A stretch of 62,807 nt of DNA, the filler included, from Phoronis australis (Eukaryota; Animalia; Phoronida), in NCBI GenBank assembly GCA_002633005.1. It is 5 parts of 5 records of this genome, joined end to end, with 100 filler letters (N's around TTAATTAATTAA, not from the genome) between each part and the next. Parts side by side here need not be neighbours in the genome. Positions count along the whole stretch, not along the records: positions 1 to 26,443 come from NMRA01000698.1; 4 more parts are not named here. The stretch is one strand, 5' to 3'. The notes under the pieces are model-generated. The model was given only the letters and a program-made list of their open reading frames with translations. It made no database searches and was not told the DNA's origin. The translations under genes were made by a program, and so were the position numbers. Below, piece by piece: positions 1 through 14,020 of the stretch. Each line of letters starts with the position of its first letter. Positions within the stretch are counted from its first letter, which is position 1.

Positions 1-2530
1 GACCCATTTGATGTCCTGGCGGCCGCCGTCTGTCAACTTTTTAATCTTCAAGAGAAATAAATCAATTGATATACACGCCACATTATAACAAGTTAGTTGA
101 TGAATAAAACACACAATTAACAAGTAAACAATTGAATTAATATACACGACACACAATAAGTGATAACCTTTGAAGTATTATACATGTACATGGCAATTGT
201 TAAACACGATAAAATGCAGTTAATAACCAAGACACACAATAAACATGATACGAGAAAAAAATAACATACATGACATGCAATATACATGAAAATTAGTCAA
301 TAATATATAAGACACAAAATAAACATGATAACAAGCCAATGGAAATGAACGAAACACGATATATGAAGTAATATACGCGACAAGCATTAAACCTGAAAAC
401 AAGTCAATTGATACGTACGACTCACAATATAGTATATCAAATCAAGAATCATACACAGCACACAATAAACATGATCACAAAATCAATGCACATACAGGAC
501 GCAAGACAATCAAAATAACAAATCAATTAATATAAGCGACACACAATACACATGATAACAAGTCAATAAAATTACGCGACACACAACACACGAGAAAACA
601 AGTCGATTAATATATACGACACTCAATAAACATGATAAAAACTCACCTGATATACACGACACACAATAAACATGGTAACAAAACGATTCACAATGAACAT
701 GATATATCCGTTAATATACGAAATACAAGGTAACCACAATACAAGTCAATTAATACACTCGACTCAAAATATGCAAGATAAAAGAATACACACGACAAAC
801 AATAAAAATGAAAAAGTTAAAAAATACACATGAGTCACAATACATTATAACAAATAAAGATGTCAATTAAAATACACGGCACAACATAGACATGATAACA
901 AATCAAGCAATATACACAACTCATAATAAACATGTTAACACTGACTATACATTTAATTGAATACTTGACAAATTTGATGTCCAGGCGGCCGCCGTCTGTT
1001 GTTTTCTCAATCTTCAAAAGAAATAAACCAGTTAATATACACGCCACATAGTATACTTTATAACACGTCACTTGATAAACAAGACACACAATAGAGATAA
1101 ACATGATAACAATTTAATTCATTCAAAGGACACAATACACATGATAAGAGAGCAATTAACATACACGACATGAAATATTCATGATAATTGGTCAATTAAT
1201 AAACACAACACAAAATAATCATAATTACAACTCAATTGATATGCACGACACACAATAAACATGGTAAAAACTCAATTAACGTGCACCATTTACAATGAAC
1301 ACGATCACAAGTCAATTTACATACGAAATACACAGTAATCTCGATCAAAGTCAATTAATATACACGACACAAAATAAACATGACAAAAGATCAAATAGTA
1401 TACACGACAAGCACTAAACATGAAAACAAATCAATTATTACATACGACTCCCAATATATCATAACAAATCAAAAATTTTTCACGACACAATAAATATGAC
1501 AACAAGCCAATAAGAATACGTGACATATAATACACATGACAACAAGTCAAGACACACGGCACACAATACACGCGATAACAGGTTAATTAATATGCACAAC
1601 GCACTGTAAACAATATACCAAGTCAATTAATGTAGAGGACAAAAAATAATTATGATAACAGGTCATTTATGATACATGATACACAATAAACCTGAAAACA
1701 AGTTAATTAACACACACAAGTCACACGATAACAACACGATAACAAGCCAATTAATATACGAAATACACAACAAGCATACAATTAATACACACGACTTCAA
1801 ACAAGATAAAAGATCAATTAATATACACGACAAACAATAAAACTGAAAACAAATCAATTAATAGACACGTTTCACAATACATAATAACAAATCAAGAAAT
1901 TTACACGACACAAAATAAACATGATCAGAAGTCAATTAAAAACAACACAAAATCACGATATCAAAACAATGAAAATACACGAATCAAAACAATTAAAATA
2001 CACAAAACGTAATAAACATGATCATAATGTCAATTACTATACACGGCACAACATAGACATGATAATTATTCAAAAATATAAACAACTCATAACAAACATG
2101 ATAACACTGACTATATATTTAATTGAATACTTGACCAATTTGATGTCCAGGCGGCCGCCGTCTGTTGTCTTCTTATCTTCAAAAGAAATTAATTAATTAA
2201 TATACATGTCATATAGTATACATTATAACACCTCAGTTGCTAAACAAGACACACAATAGACATGAACATAATAACAATTCAAGTAATACACACGAACCAC
2301 AATAAATGATAATTAGTCAATTATTAAATACGACCCAAAATATACATAATATTAACACAATTGATATACACGACAAACAATAAATATGGTAACAAATTAA
2401 TTAACGTGAACGATTCACAATGAACATGATAACAATACAATTAATATGCGAAGTACACATTAACCACTACACATGATAATTCAATTACATGTAGTGCATA
2501 CAACACACGGAAATATGAATGATCACACTG
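1..2530. repeat. Degenerate ~40-bp AT-rich satellite with ~1-1.2 kb higher-order units
   Basis: Consensus approx. AATTAATATACACGACACACAATAAACATGATAACAAGTC repeated throughout. GC-rich core TTTGATGTCCWGGCGGCCGCCGTCTGT recurs, with GCGGCCGC at 19, 985 and 2151 and a diverged copy near 2552-2590. Confidence 0.85.
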
Positions 2531-5500
2531 ACAGTCATAGCAAAGGAATACTTGACCGATTTCTTGTTCCGATGGCGTCTTCTGTCGTCTTCCTAACCAA
2601 CTGGGTCGGTTCTGACCTCGCGATCCCGTGATGAGGAAAGAAACCACATTCGAAAGACTTGATTACTGACTGGGGTTATTGTGCTTTCGTTAGTGCGTTA
2701 GTGTATTAGTTAGGGTTAGATTGTGCAGTGTTATCAGTCAGTAATCAAATCTTCCATAATGGCAAGCGCATGCCGTGCTCCCACGTGTTCTGCTGAGTGA
2801 TGAAGTTCATCGCTTGGACACCATTTGCACGCCATCCGTGAAACTAAAACAAACAAAAAAGAACATTTATGCAATCTTGTAATAACATGCCCTTTTGACA
2901 ATGAACATAGGAAGCGCATCTCAGGTGAATTAGCTTACTTCATGATCACAGACGGGTGCAAAAGTGCATCTTGTCGCAAAGAGCGTTAAGTCGATTGTGT
3001 GCCTCGAATACATTTATAAGCGACTGACGTCACGATTCAGCTCTCTGTACAATGACCACCGACAGCGAATAACAATACCACGTCTCTGTTGGCGGTGATG
3101 ATAGTGACGTTCAAACAGCTTCTCACGGCATGGCGTCGACCCGCGGAAGAAGGTCATTCGTTCAACCATTCACTAATGAGTCCTATGCGCCGTGGACTAC
3201 ATTGGCATGGTGCTGTGGCAGTCAACTTCATTCGAATTTGTTTCACTAAGGATTGACGAACAACGCAGTTTGATATCTGAAAGCAACACGTGACCTGGAC
3301 CTTCTGCGATATGCAATTTTTAGAAAAGAATCACGACAAAATATTGCGACAGCTGTCTGTGTTATCTTTTGCCAGAGAGGGACCTCTGGAAAAATATAGT
3401 TTTGCATTCTCAAAAATTGTCTCCATTTTTGAAATACTTTTAAGTGTGATAAAATGCACATTTTCAAGTGCAATTAGACGACTTTATGCAGTAGAAATGG
3501 AGATCCGGCCTATCAACAGGGCCCTCAAAGTGTAAAGCATGCACTAGAAACCGAGTTGTCAAATGTTCTCTTGAATTGTCGCTCTGATCAATGTTCGAAG
3601 TTTTTCTTTTCTTGACTGTTCCCGTCCTCGGGCCACGCCTATATCGGTTGCTACGTTTTAACCCTAACGCCTGCAAATTTTTATTGGGGGGTGGGAGGGG
3701 GGCACAACAAGCGCATCTCAGTGAAGCTTTGCGTCCTAAAGCACCATGAATTGTGATTTGTTCCCTGAATTGTCAGAAATAGGATTGAAATTGTATTTTG
3801 GTGTCTCCTTGGGCGTACAACTGTTTCAAGTAACCGTACCAATAACGGACCTTCTTAGCGACAAGTTCTAGGAACACGTAGAAAATCAGTACCAGCGTTC
3901 TCTCCCACTTATAGTACGACTTCATTTCTTATAATTTTTGTGTTAAAAATATTGAATTGCTGATTTTATCCCCAGTTATATATTCAGCCCAAAATCATTT
4001 TATTCCACAAAATATCTAGCATTTCAAGATCACCGAGACTGCCTACTTATATTGCCGAATTTCGTAGTCTGAGAGTTAATCTTGTTTTTTTTTTGGTTAG
4101 GGGGGTTTTAAGATACAAAGAGCTTCAATATCACGTTTGTTTTTAATTACGAAAATAGTGAAAGGTTTCCGTTTCCTTTAGTAGCAGTAAATCAGATACC
4201 ATTTACACACATATATTGTGCAAGAAATGCTTTGGGTGGTTCTTCAACGAGCACTATGGAACAAGCTGCTTTTGACCAAACCGTCGCCATTCTGAAGGCA
4301 GAGCAGTTTAGTGACAAGCAATGAAAAATATTGTCGTCTGCCCCCACTCCTCTCTGTGCGCAAACAAACCGAAATGGCTTTCTTTTGGAGATTGTGGTCT
4401 GCCCCCCAACATCCTAGATCCTACTCTTTGCCTTACTTTAATAACAAAGCATATGATACAAGAACTTTGTTAACTAAAGTATCAAATTTATTTTGAAATG
4501 TCCATCAATGCTCACTCACTGAGTTACATAAAATTCAACAAAAGGTGGCGCTCCTCTAGAGTACCGTTCACACATAGAAAAATAGAACCTTAATTAATAA
4601 CTTATTTACTTAAACCGGAATTAAAAGAAACAGCTCACAAATTTCAGGAAAATTACCAAGACGGTAATCTCTTGTAATCCAATTATACTGTACAGTAACA
4701 ACCGAAGGTCACATAAAATCAACACAAAAGTTTGGCAACGTGAGAGGAAAAGCAAAAAAATTCCCAATGAAAATTTAAGAGACAGCCCAGAAACTGGCAC
4801 CCAGAAACCATTTTGGATCATGTGTGGAGGTGGGTGTGTGTTTCTGAGCTAAGCTAAATCTGCCTCATTTCTAACATGATTTTGACAATTAGGAGAAGAT
4901 AAATGAAATTCACGTTCATTTTCACGACATATATAGTACGTGATCCAATTAATGGCAGAAAAAATATTAGTAATAAATGAAGTTAATAAAATTCTACAGG
5001 CTTTACATTTCTTGAAATATCATTTGATGACATTTTATCAATAGACCTAAGTGGTTGTAATAAAAGGTATAAACGACTAGGATTGCAATTATAGTTTGCA
5101 ACGATGTCACCGTCAATATTAAAAACGCTGTCATGGCGGGAATGATCGTGGCGTTACACATACATACGCAGGTTATATCATACAGAGCTATAGAAACAGA
5201 GCTCTATTGGCAGTGCTACCATTTGCATACATGCTCTCTACAATAATTGGCTACCCATTACGTAGCCAAGAATATACAAATTATTCCCAAATGTACAGTA
5301 GTTCTCGTCACCGAACCACTGTTTCCTGTGCTGGTTATACAATTAGGCTCAATAACAATGATAAAATAACAAAAGTAATCACAAAATCAACAGCATTATT
5401 ATTTATATTAATATAAACAATTACAATTTTAATAACAAACACAAGTTTTACACGTTATCGGACGTCGCAACAGGTTTTGAAACACTTCGGATATAAGGTG

Positions 5501-6807
5501 GTGCAAAGGCTAAGGTTCCGTAGACCACAGAACTAATATTGGTTCCCAGTACAGACCCAAGACATATGCAAGAAAATATTTTAGGAGATCACGTACTTAT
5601 CTTGTAATACATAACGATATCTCGCAAGACTCTTGCGTCTACAAAGCCCAGCAACACATTGGATGCCAGATTGTTTGATGCGCAGTGTGACTTTTGGTTA
5701 CAACTTATTCATCGTGAAACCGTGGGTGACGCAGTAGTTGCTCGGGTGATGACTTTCTTTATGTACATAGCATAACTCATTAACCAATTTCGTAACAAGT
5801 AAAACAAAGTAGCAAACGTAAATAAACAGTAAACGAAAATTACTGTTCGCCTACATGGAATATCCTCCTGTGAGTTATCAGAGACACATTGCAGCCTACA
5901 TGTACCTCCGTATATGAACAGTTGAATAAAACGTTTCTTAAAAAAATTAGAAATAGGTGCACGTGTGCAAATAGGGCCATGCACGGCAAATCTTGTTACA
6001 TATCCAAAGTTGTCTTAGATTTTAAAGGAGAGAATGAATAAAAATACAAATGAGCACAGAGAAAAGAGAAAACGTAAAATGTCATGAAAACGTAAGAGAT
6101 CTACATGTATACCCGGGTTATAAAAATTCCATAGGATGTAGCCGCGGTAAATTGTTTGCTGGAAAGCATGCAGTGGGACGAATTTTAGCGCCGCCGAGGT
6201 ATTCCGGATCGAGTTCTCACGAGGGATTCAAATTTACTACAAGACTTTATGCAGCAAGCATGTTTGTTGGGAATAAGAAATGCAAACATATTATGTACGC
6301 GGAGAAATCACCTTTCGTTTGAACCAGTGGAGACCCGGCAATTGTATGGCGGCGAATATTCCATAAATCAGCCTCTTATACTAGTTTCGCACGGTACACA
6401 CCGGTTGATATGTGCTTTACAGTCTCCACCTGAAATGCTGTGTTCACCTACGCTGAAATTTGGCAACTTGTGCTTGATCGTTTTCTTGGTACGTGGTGCA
6501 TGTGTACTTGTCATATCCTATACAAGCAGCATTCTGCCACTGCACTGATAATGCCGCTGTTATTTTTCCTTATAGTATGATTGTTGGCAGCGTTTTTAAT
6601 CTCTTCGGTAAGAATAAATCGTGCGCTAGGCTCGGGTTCGACAGTAGTACAGTTGCACCGGCCTACTTTCCATCTCAAGACACATCCATCATCCTCACTT
6701 TTGTCGGATGAAAGGCCCCGTCTTCCGATTGACTGGCAAGTCCTGCTGAATTCAAGTGTCTCCAGATGAAATCACCGGATTGAAGTCCCGTGTTTGTTGT
6801 AGGCCTG

Positions 6808-7016
6808 GGACCCGTTCCAAGAAAACTGACTTAACCAAGACAAATCTTAAATTTCAGTCAACTTTAAGATAAAAATTTAACTTGTGTTAAGTCCGCTTTA
6901 AGAAAGTCTTAACTGATTTTGACTAACTTGTCGGACTGGATTAGGAACTGGAAGTAGACACAAATCTTATACCTAAATCACACTTGAATGAACTTAAACC
7001 AGTTTCTTGTCAGGCC
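6808..7016. mobile_element. PIF/Harbinger-like MITE, copy 1
   Basis: Imperfect TIRs GGACCCGTTCCAAGAAAACTG ... CAGTTTCTTGTCAGGCC flanked by CTG/CAG. Interior matches the reverse complement of 23584-23832. Confidence 0.6.
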
Positions 7017-7597
7017 CAGGTTAATAATTAGTCTAAATTGAAGCCTACGCTTGTGTGTATGTGACGTTCTTGTGCAATAATCAAGATTTGTCCTAATGTT
7101 TGGCTGTACGCGTGACAATGCCGGCCGGACCCGAGGTGTGTGGGTGTCCAAATCGAATCTGCCACTTTTGAACAATTCCGTAGCCAGGGAGGGGTCTTGT
7201 TCGGGGGGTTCGATCGAATCCTCCGCGGAAAAGGTCCAGCCCCGACCTATCTGTTAAAGATGGGATATAAATGGACAACAACACCAAAAATTAACAACAG
7301 AATTCACGGCTGCAATTACTGGTACTATACTAACTACACTGATAACTAAGTCACTAATAATTTTGAATTTAGTTCCCGTAATTATCGGGTCGTACCCGGT
7401 CACTAAACTTCGTCCGAATGGTGCTTGATGATAGGATCGTGCAAACGATTAATAGGAGGCTTTATCATTGAACGCCCGTGGTGGCTACAACATAGGGTAT
7501 TACTGACGAGAGTCTAAGCTGGGAGTAATATACATTGGTCCTAGGTCTAAGTAAATGTCTATACCTAGATGGGCTATGTAGCAGCGAGAGAGCTCTC

Positions 7598-7914
7598 CAC
7601 CGGCGGATCTACGGGGGTGGGGTTCAGGGGGTTTAAACCCCCCCTCGGGCGAGGACCCAAAAATTAAAAACAAACGTCTCCAGCAGAACAAAAACGGCAC
7701 CGCCAACGTGTGTAAACCCCAAGTAAACCAAATTGGAAGAAATGAGGGGGGGGTTCAATCTGAAAATATATTTTTTGCATTGTGAATTGCTGTTATGAAA
7801 ATCAACGCGTTTCGAGTCTTCGTGGCTCATCGGCAAAAGCCCGGAGATCAATTGTGCGCGCGCTTCCCTCGACACTTCTGAAGTAGCCAAGCCTTTTAGA
7901 TAGATCCACCGCTG
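7598..7914. mobile_element. MITE-like element with GGCGGATCTA termini
   Basis: Left end CACCGGCGGATCTA, right end TAGATCCACCGCTG (imperfect TIR). Related termini near 10207-10221 and 43955-43968. No clear TSD. Confidence 0.5.
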
Positions 7915-8249
7915 AAAGAGCAGTTCTATAGCTGATTTTTTTAGGTAACTAGCTTCTTTAGTCTAAGGTATGTTTTGGTTTGATTAGGGGAAATACTGTG
8001 GTGCCGCAACTCTGATATTCAGGCGAATTGACGTGCAACGTTTTTACCTCATCTGTCATGCCGTGTCATCCTATTACACCCCGCACGTTTGTAACTCGAA
8101 TTTGACTGGTGTATAGTAAAGTTGTCTTGCGCAATATCATACAGTGTACATGTACATAAAATACTTTTGAAAATAATCGTTTTCCGAAGAATTGCTTGTG
8201 GCGGGCGCCGTGCCGGGTCTGGTCGCGAGTCTGTTTGAAACGAAGATGC

Positions 8250-8835
8250 ACTCTAACAAGTTATGTCTATACAAGGAATGACCAAGGGGGCACTCACATT
8301 GACGAAATGACCGCATTCGCGAACAGTGTACAGTACCAGAAATTGCGGGGAGGTTGCATTTTCACAACAAAGTCTTGCGAGACTCGCAGAAAGGCCCACC
8401 CAACGAAACGCCCATGCCCATGGGCATTTATTTGATGTTAGTACTTCGGGTTTCAAGCGTTCAGACATTGGGACGTTTATTTCGAAAATTGCAAGAGATG
8501 TAAATGGGTCCTGGGATACATCGTCAAGGTTTGAAGTAGTCCATGATGAACGGAACAAATTTAGTTGCGCATGCTGTAAGTCTTTTGAATGGACTTGGTA
8601 ACCTCAGGGGGCTTAGTGCCAACTGAGTTGCGAAACGAGATACTGACATTGTGGAGGCGTACAAGTTCATTGACACAGCAGTTGACGAAGTGCGAGCGTT
8701 GGGAACAAACGTGGAAGATGTCTGGGTAGAATGGTTCCAAGAGCAGCAAACCTTTGGATCCGATGTACAGATTCCTCGGCAGTCTAGACAACAGAAAGAT
8801 AGGACCAACATTGCTGGAGAAACACCCAGATAATA
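8250..8835 (+). mobile_element. Degenerate hAT-type (PRKRIR/THAP12/ZMYM1-like) transposase fragment
   Basis: Translation LRGLSAN*VAKRDTDIVEAYKFIDTAVDEVRALGTNVEDVWVEWFQEQQTFGSDVQIPRQSRQQKDRTNIAGETPR** resembles, from recall, the LS..LQ...DI..A ... PR...RQ..R.N....TP segment of hAT transposases. Stops and frameshifts are present. Confidence 0.6.
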
Positions 8836-11800
8836 AGTTATAATTATATAAAATTTGTAATAATGTCGGGTTTTTATGCTTGTGTACAATGAAAACGAAA
8901 TAGAAATTAATTCTGGACATGCCAAATTTACCTAGTACAGCAGAGGGTCTACGAGCGCACAGGAACTGATTCTGGTTTGTATTTCCACCTGAGTCTATCT
9001 GCTTCATATCTAAAATCTTATTTCACGTAGTGCGTAGTTAAATCTGTTCTCAATACTTGTTTCTTCCAGTTAATACTACAGAACGGTGCAAAAACCCTTC
9101 CTAGACAACCTCTCTCAGCAGTTGACCACCAGATATGTAAACTACACGTATGAGCAACCACTGGGGATTAAAAGGAGTCTAAAGAGAAGTTTTTTGCGAA
9201 GTACGCTTTAGGTCTCGCGAAGGACCAGGCCAGCTTGATTTGTGTAGATATTGAGTTTCAGTGTTCTTCTGGTCCTTCGGCGAACTAGTCTTGTGATGTT
9301 TTTTTAACAAAGTGTGCTTTGTAAATCTATTTATCTCTGCCAGTACTGTTTGGTCCCGCCGCGCGACAGATCGACTACTTTTATAGGGATAATAAGCACA
9401 GGTGTACTTTTGGTCTCGTATCGGACCAGGCCAGAGTTTTTTGTACTCTCAGTGTACATCTGATCCCTCTGCAAACTGCTCCTGTATGTCTTTTCACCAC
9501 GGTGTAGGCCTACAGATTGCTTTGGTTTCGTGAATCTGTTTTCAGATGATTTGTTTCCTGATACATTCGACGTTTTTCAATTGTTGTCAACATGATTCAG
9601 CTTAATAAAATGATACTTAATTGCTTGTTGTCGCTTTTAATAATAGACTATGAGCTGAGAGCACCATTGTTCGCCAGTTTTTCTCGTAACGAGACAAAAC
9701 ACATGTTTATTTTCGGACTAACAGTACAGGTCTTCGTTCTTAAACAGCTTGAGGCTGTTGCGATCATCTGATATTCAAGTTTTTACGCCTCGTCGGTGCT
9801 CCTTATGTTCTTGAATATTTGGTAGTTGTCCAAACCCCTGTATACACACCACACTTTTTCGTATGCCGCTAAAAGTTGTGTGTAAGCAGATGTTCCAACA
9901 AAAATTTTTGCTGGTGGTGTGACTCATACCCAGATGTGCACAAACATGGTTTCACGAAACTTATGAGCCATGTTAATGTGACGAAATCGAGAAGGGTTTT
10001 TAATTATTTTAAGAAAAACTCCAGGGACATGTTAAGTGTCAGAAACGTACCAGGATGCATGGAAATTTCACTATTTCGCTACAAAAACAAAAAAGTTGTC
10101 TTACACGGGAAGGGGGTGTACCCCTCCCGATCTCCGCCCCCCCCGCTCGGCTCCACGCGCCTCGCATTCGACCTTTGCCAGAATCCGCCCCCCCCTTACT
10201 GAAAACGTAGATCCGCCACTGCTCTCAGAAAGTAGTGCCGTGTGAACGTCCAGTTAAAATAGACCTACGAACCAGTAAGAGTACTGGTTCCTAGAATCGA
10301 CCAAGAAACAAAATAGCAGAAAGTAGGTTTATATGCTATATTGAAAGTGGCAGAGTGCGGTAAAGTGCAGACATTTTCAAATTTCAACTTTGTGGATTGG
10401 CGGATGACATGCTTGCGTGTACACGGCGTGTGTGCGCCATGCGTTTAATTGAATTCTCTTAAATTCAGTACACGCCGATGATAATTAAATTCACAATAGG
10501 CAGTCCTCCGTCGTTGCTCAAAAATAAGACATTTAACTACATGGGCGGCACACCATAGGCTATATTCCCCATTTTTGCAGTGATGTGCCACCCCATGCCG
10601 GGGTGCGGTGCACCACAGGGGGGCTATAGCCCTCACTTTTTTCAGGGCTGCACCGCCCATGAACTACCGTATTTTCTTGCACTACGAAAACTCCGACGAG
10701 CATGTTCACATTATTATGGAAAAGTAGGTCTAGATCTAATAAAAACTTTAGTCAATGAAGAAAATATTCTCTTGTCAATTAGTGCCGAAAGCGCACAGCA
10801 TCGCAGGCGTCATACGAGCAAAAACTTGATATAAAAGATTTCCAAGGATACATGTCACTATTCCGAAAGTTCATCATTCCGAAAGTCCACTGTTCAGAAG
10901 TTACTGCGAAGGTCCGCTATACCTTCAAAAGTTCACAACTTCGAAATTCATGTCCACAATTCCGAAACAAACAGTTCATTACTCTGATTGTCTGCTAACG
11001 ACTTAGTCGTAACTGACACGAGAAAAGTATTGTATTTGTGCCCATTTAGTAACTATTAAATGGGTGTACAAAAGTTGAATAGTTCTTAAAACTTTGAATA
11101 CATTGTTTACAGATGAGCTCAGTTCCAATCGCTGTCATTCGTGAATCTTCAATCTAACTAACGACTCATTCAGTCTCAAGCTGGGACAACATCGGGTCTG
11201 GACTTCAGCGACCAGTAGCGGCGGACTTAAATTGAAGAAGACTGAACAGGACTCTCCGACTTCGTAAAGACTGGCAGGGACAGGGTAGCTTACTAACTAA
11301 GCTAGTTTCGACCCAGTCATGCGCGTGGCGATCGAGATGGGTGAGTTTGACGGAGGGGCCGCGGCAACCCTAAACTAGCTCAGACACTCTATGAAATGAT
11401 ACGACCGTTGACATGGATTTGATGAATGCATAGTGGTTGATAATTCATCAATATTCCTACTTCATAATATTATAAAAATTCAAGTTCTTAGGCCTACTCA
11501 TTTTCCGTATTCTAATGACCTGCGGGCAATTTCGCATGCGCATGAAATCCGGGCGTTGTTTGAGCATACATGTAGGTACACCACCTAGACGTGAGTGCAT
11601 CTAATAACCGAAGTATCGTTTATTATTGCAGATAAAAGGGTATATATGATACACTCAAGTCCAAAATTTTAGATCTTTTAGGAGTAGTGAACCTTCAGTG
11701 TAGTGAACCTTTGACTGGGCTGTTCCCATTTCCAGCGATATAAGGAAGTTGACACGCAAAATACAACCAGATCAAAATATTCAAATTGATCATGTTCCGA

Positions 11801-14014
11801 TTAAATATTTCCGTCAAAGTATTTAATGTGGTACGTGTAATCACTCACGCCCGCTTTGAACTTTGGCAGGGGGTAACGCGGTAACATTCTCTTTTTGGAC
11901 CACATTACATCCGAATTTGGGTCCTGTTCTTTGTGAGTAACAGTCAGGACATCCTTATTTCTCGTATTACGAATTCCATCTGATCTTGGGAAGATATAGC
12001 CGGAGCTGAGAGCCGTCGTGTTGTGTACATGTATATAGACCTCCCCTAGTTAAGCTGCGTCGAGGGACTTACCGAAAACTCTACAGTGTCGACGTTTATA
12101 AAATATCAAAGGTCCACCGTAAGGGTTCTAGAAATTTGAACCACCACCCACTACGGGAGTGCAACTGTCTCAGCCGCTGTCTTGAAATAAATTTACAAAA
12201 AATAAGTGTCCCCCGTCTCCATTAGTTATAACTATAGATGATGTCTTTTCTTCCTCTCGATCGAAATGCTCACCAGACTTTCTTCAATTAATGCTCTTTT
12301 AATTTGTCTAACAAAATTTGGTAATCTGAGTTTCTACTTCCCACTATCCTCCCCGGTACACTTTGTAGCGACTTCCCATGATCTTCACTTCAGTGAGAAA
12401 GACTGACAAATTCTAGCACCCACTTTTTCAGTAAATTTTCAGTCACTTTAATTTACACGCACAAAGTATGGTTCAGTAGTTCCGAAGAGGCAAATTTAAA
12501 ATTGACACCTCCCCGTCTTTGGAAGAGCGTACAGGACTGATACATGTAAATGATACGGGCAGAAACGTTAAGCCGTTAATGCGGGCGGAAAGTCGTATAA
12601 CAATGCAGGAGCTTATTGTTTTCATCTAATCTAGTGTACAAATGGGCTGCACGTGTCGTATCTGTGTACCAGCTGCGCATATGTATGTCAAGTGTATAAG
12701 GTGCACCTGGTTACGACTTACTTACTCACCGAACTTCAGTGACGGGTTATCCACCACTCAGCTGTACAGCATGGGCTCCACGCAAAACAGTCGACCCCGC
12801 CAGTTTAAACAACGGACGCCCAAAACTGATGTCATGTTTAAATCTTAAGTGAATAGTTGTGCCTACAATGCAACCGATTGCAAAACTGGCCATACCATGT
12901 ATTTAGTAAACAACACTGATCTCAAGTCAATTTCGCAATAACATATAACGGTCGAGTATAGCATAAGTAGTTTCGTTGGCTGAGTGCGATTTAAAATCCG
13001 ATTTAATTTTTTCATTATTAGGCAACATAGGAAAAGTGACGGCAATAAATAATCAAAACACTGTTGACTTCAAACTTTCTATAACAACACGATTGTATTA
13101 TAATCAACTTTTCTATTTATGACACAATAAAAGAGTGTCATTGTTATGTACTTTAATTATAATAACAAGCACGGAACTGAAAATAATAAAAGAATGTGTG
13201 GTTGGTCTCGGACAGCCTGTTTTTTTTGTAACCCCTTAGACGCTGCAACACTGAGCTAGAGGTAATATCGGGAATGTTAATTAACCCGTAAATTAAAATT
13301 AAACCACCAAAGCAAGCTTTGCAAAGGTGTGGGGTTTTAGTTTGTGTGTGTGTGGGGNGAGGGGGGGGGGGGGGGGGGTAACGGGCAATGCCGCTCCCCG
13401 GCGGTCGATATGCACGTAAGTCCCAGGCGACCAACAGTGGCGCTGGGCACAACCACTCATTTTTTGTTGTCTGCTCCAGTGTGCAACGAAAGATTTTACT
13501 TAATTTTTTCGAAGAAAACGGAAGCTGAGCGACGATGAAGAAAGCGAAGCTGCTGCTGTATCTGTTCGCCATCGGGACGAAAACTACGTAAAGCAGTTGA
13601 AAGTCTAGAATCATGGGCGTTTTTAGTGGCAACTTGACGAGTTGAAAATTTGTCGTGCGGCGACGTCGGATTCCAGAATGCGATCTGGGTCGTGAGATTT
13701 TGCCACGCTATAGTCTACGTAGCCACCTGACCAGATTAGAAATCAAGGAAAATGTCCGTTTTCAGACTAGGCAAAAAATTCCCTTCCATAAGTTTCCTAG
13801 GATCACTTGGGTCCCCATGCTGTTGTTAGTTTGAACAATATATTCGGCTTTACCCGACCCCCAACGTTTCGAAACGACGCTATAATCACACAAAAGCTTC
13901 ACATCACTAAAACAAGAAATATTTTCCTATAAAACACGTGAAGACCGCACGTGAGAAAAATAAAAGTGAAATGAACAAGCACATAAGAGAAGAGAGGTCC
14001 ATTCTACCGCCGAC

Positions 14015-14020
14015 TTTATT
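14015..14020 (-). terminator. Candidate AATAAA polyadenylation signal for the CLC gene
   Basis: TTTATT on + (AATAAA on -) about 2.3 kb downstream of the last clear CLC exon. Assignment is inference only. Confidence 0.3.

Noticed and set aside
3030-3300. Possible relic of a transposon accessory ORF (…RRSFVQPFTNESY…)
   Set aside because: Too degenerate, with stops, to assign without a search.
9700-9960. Possible LINE 3'-end fragment on the minus strand (…LPNI…SLKLFK)
   Set aside because: The motif match is too fragmentary to report as a feature.
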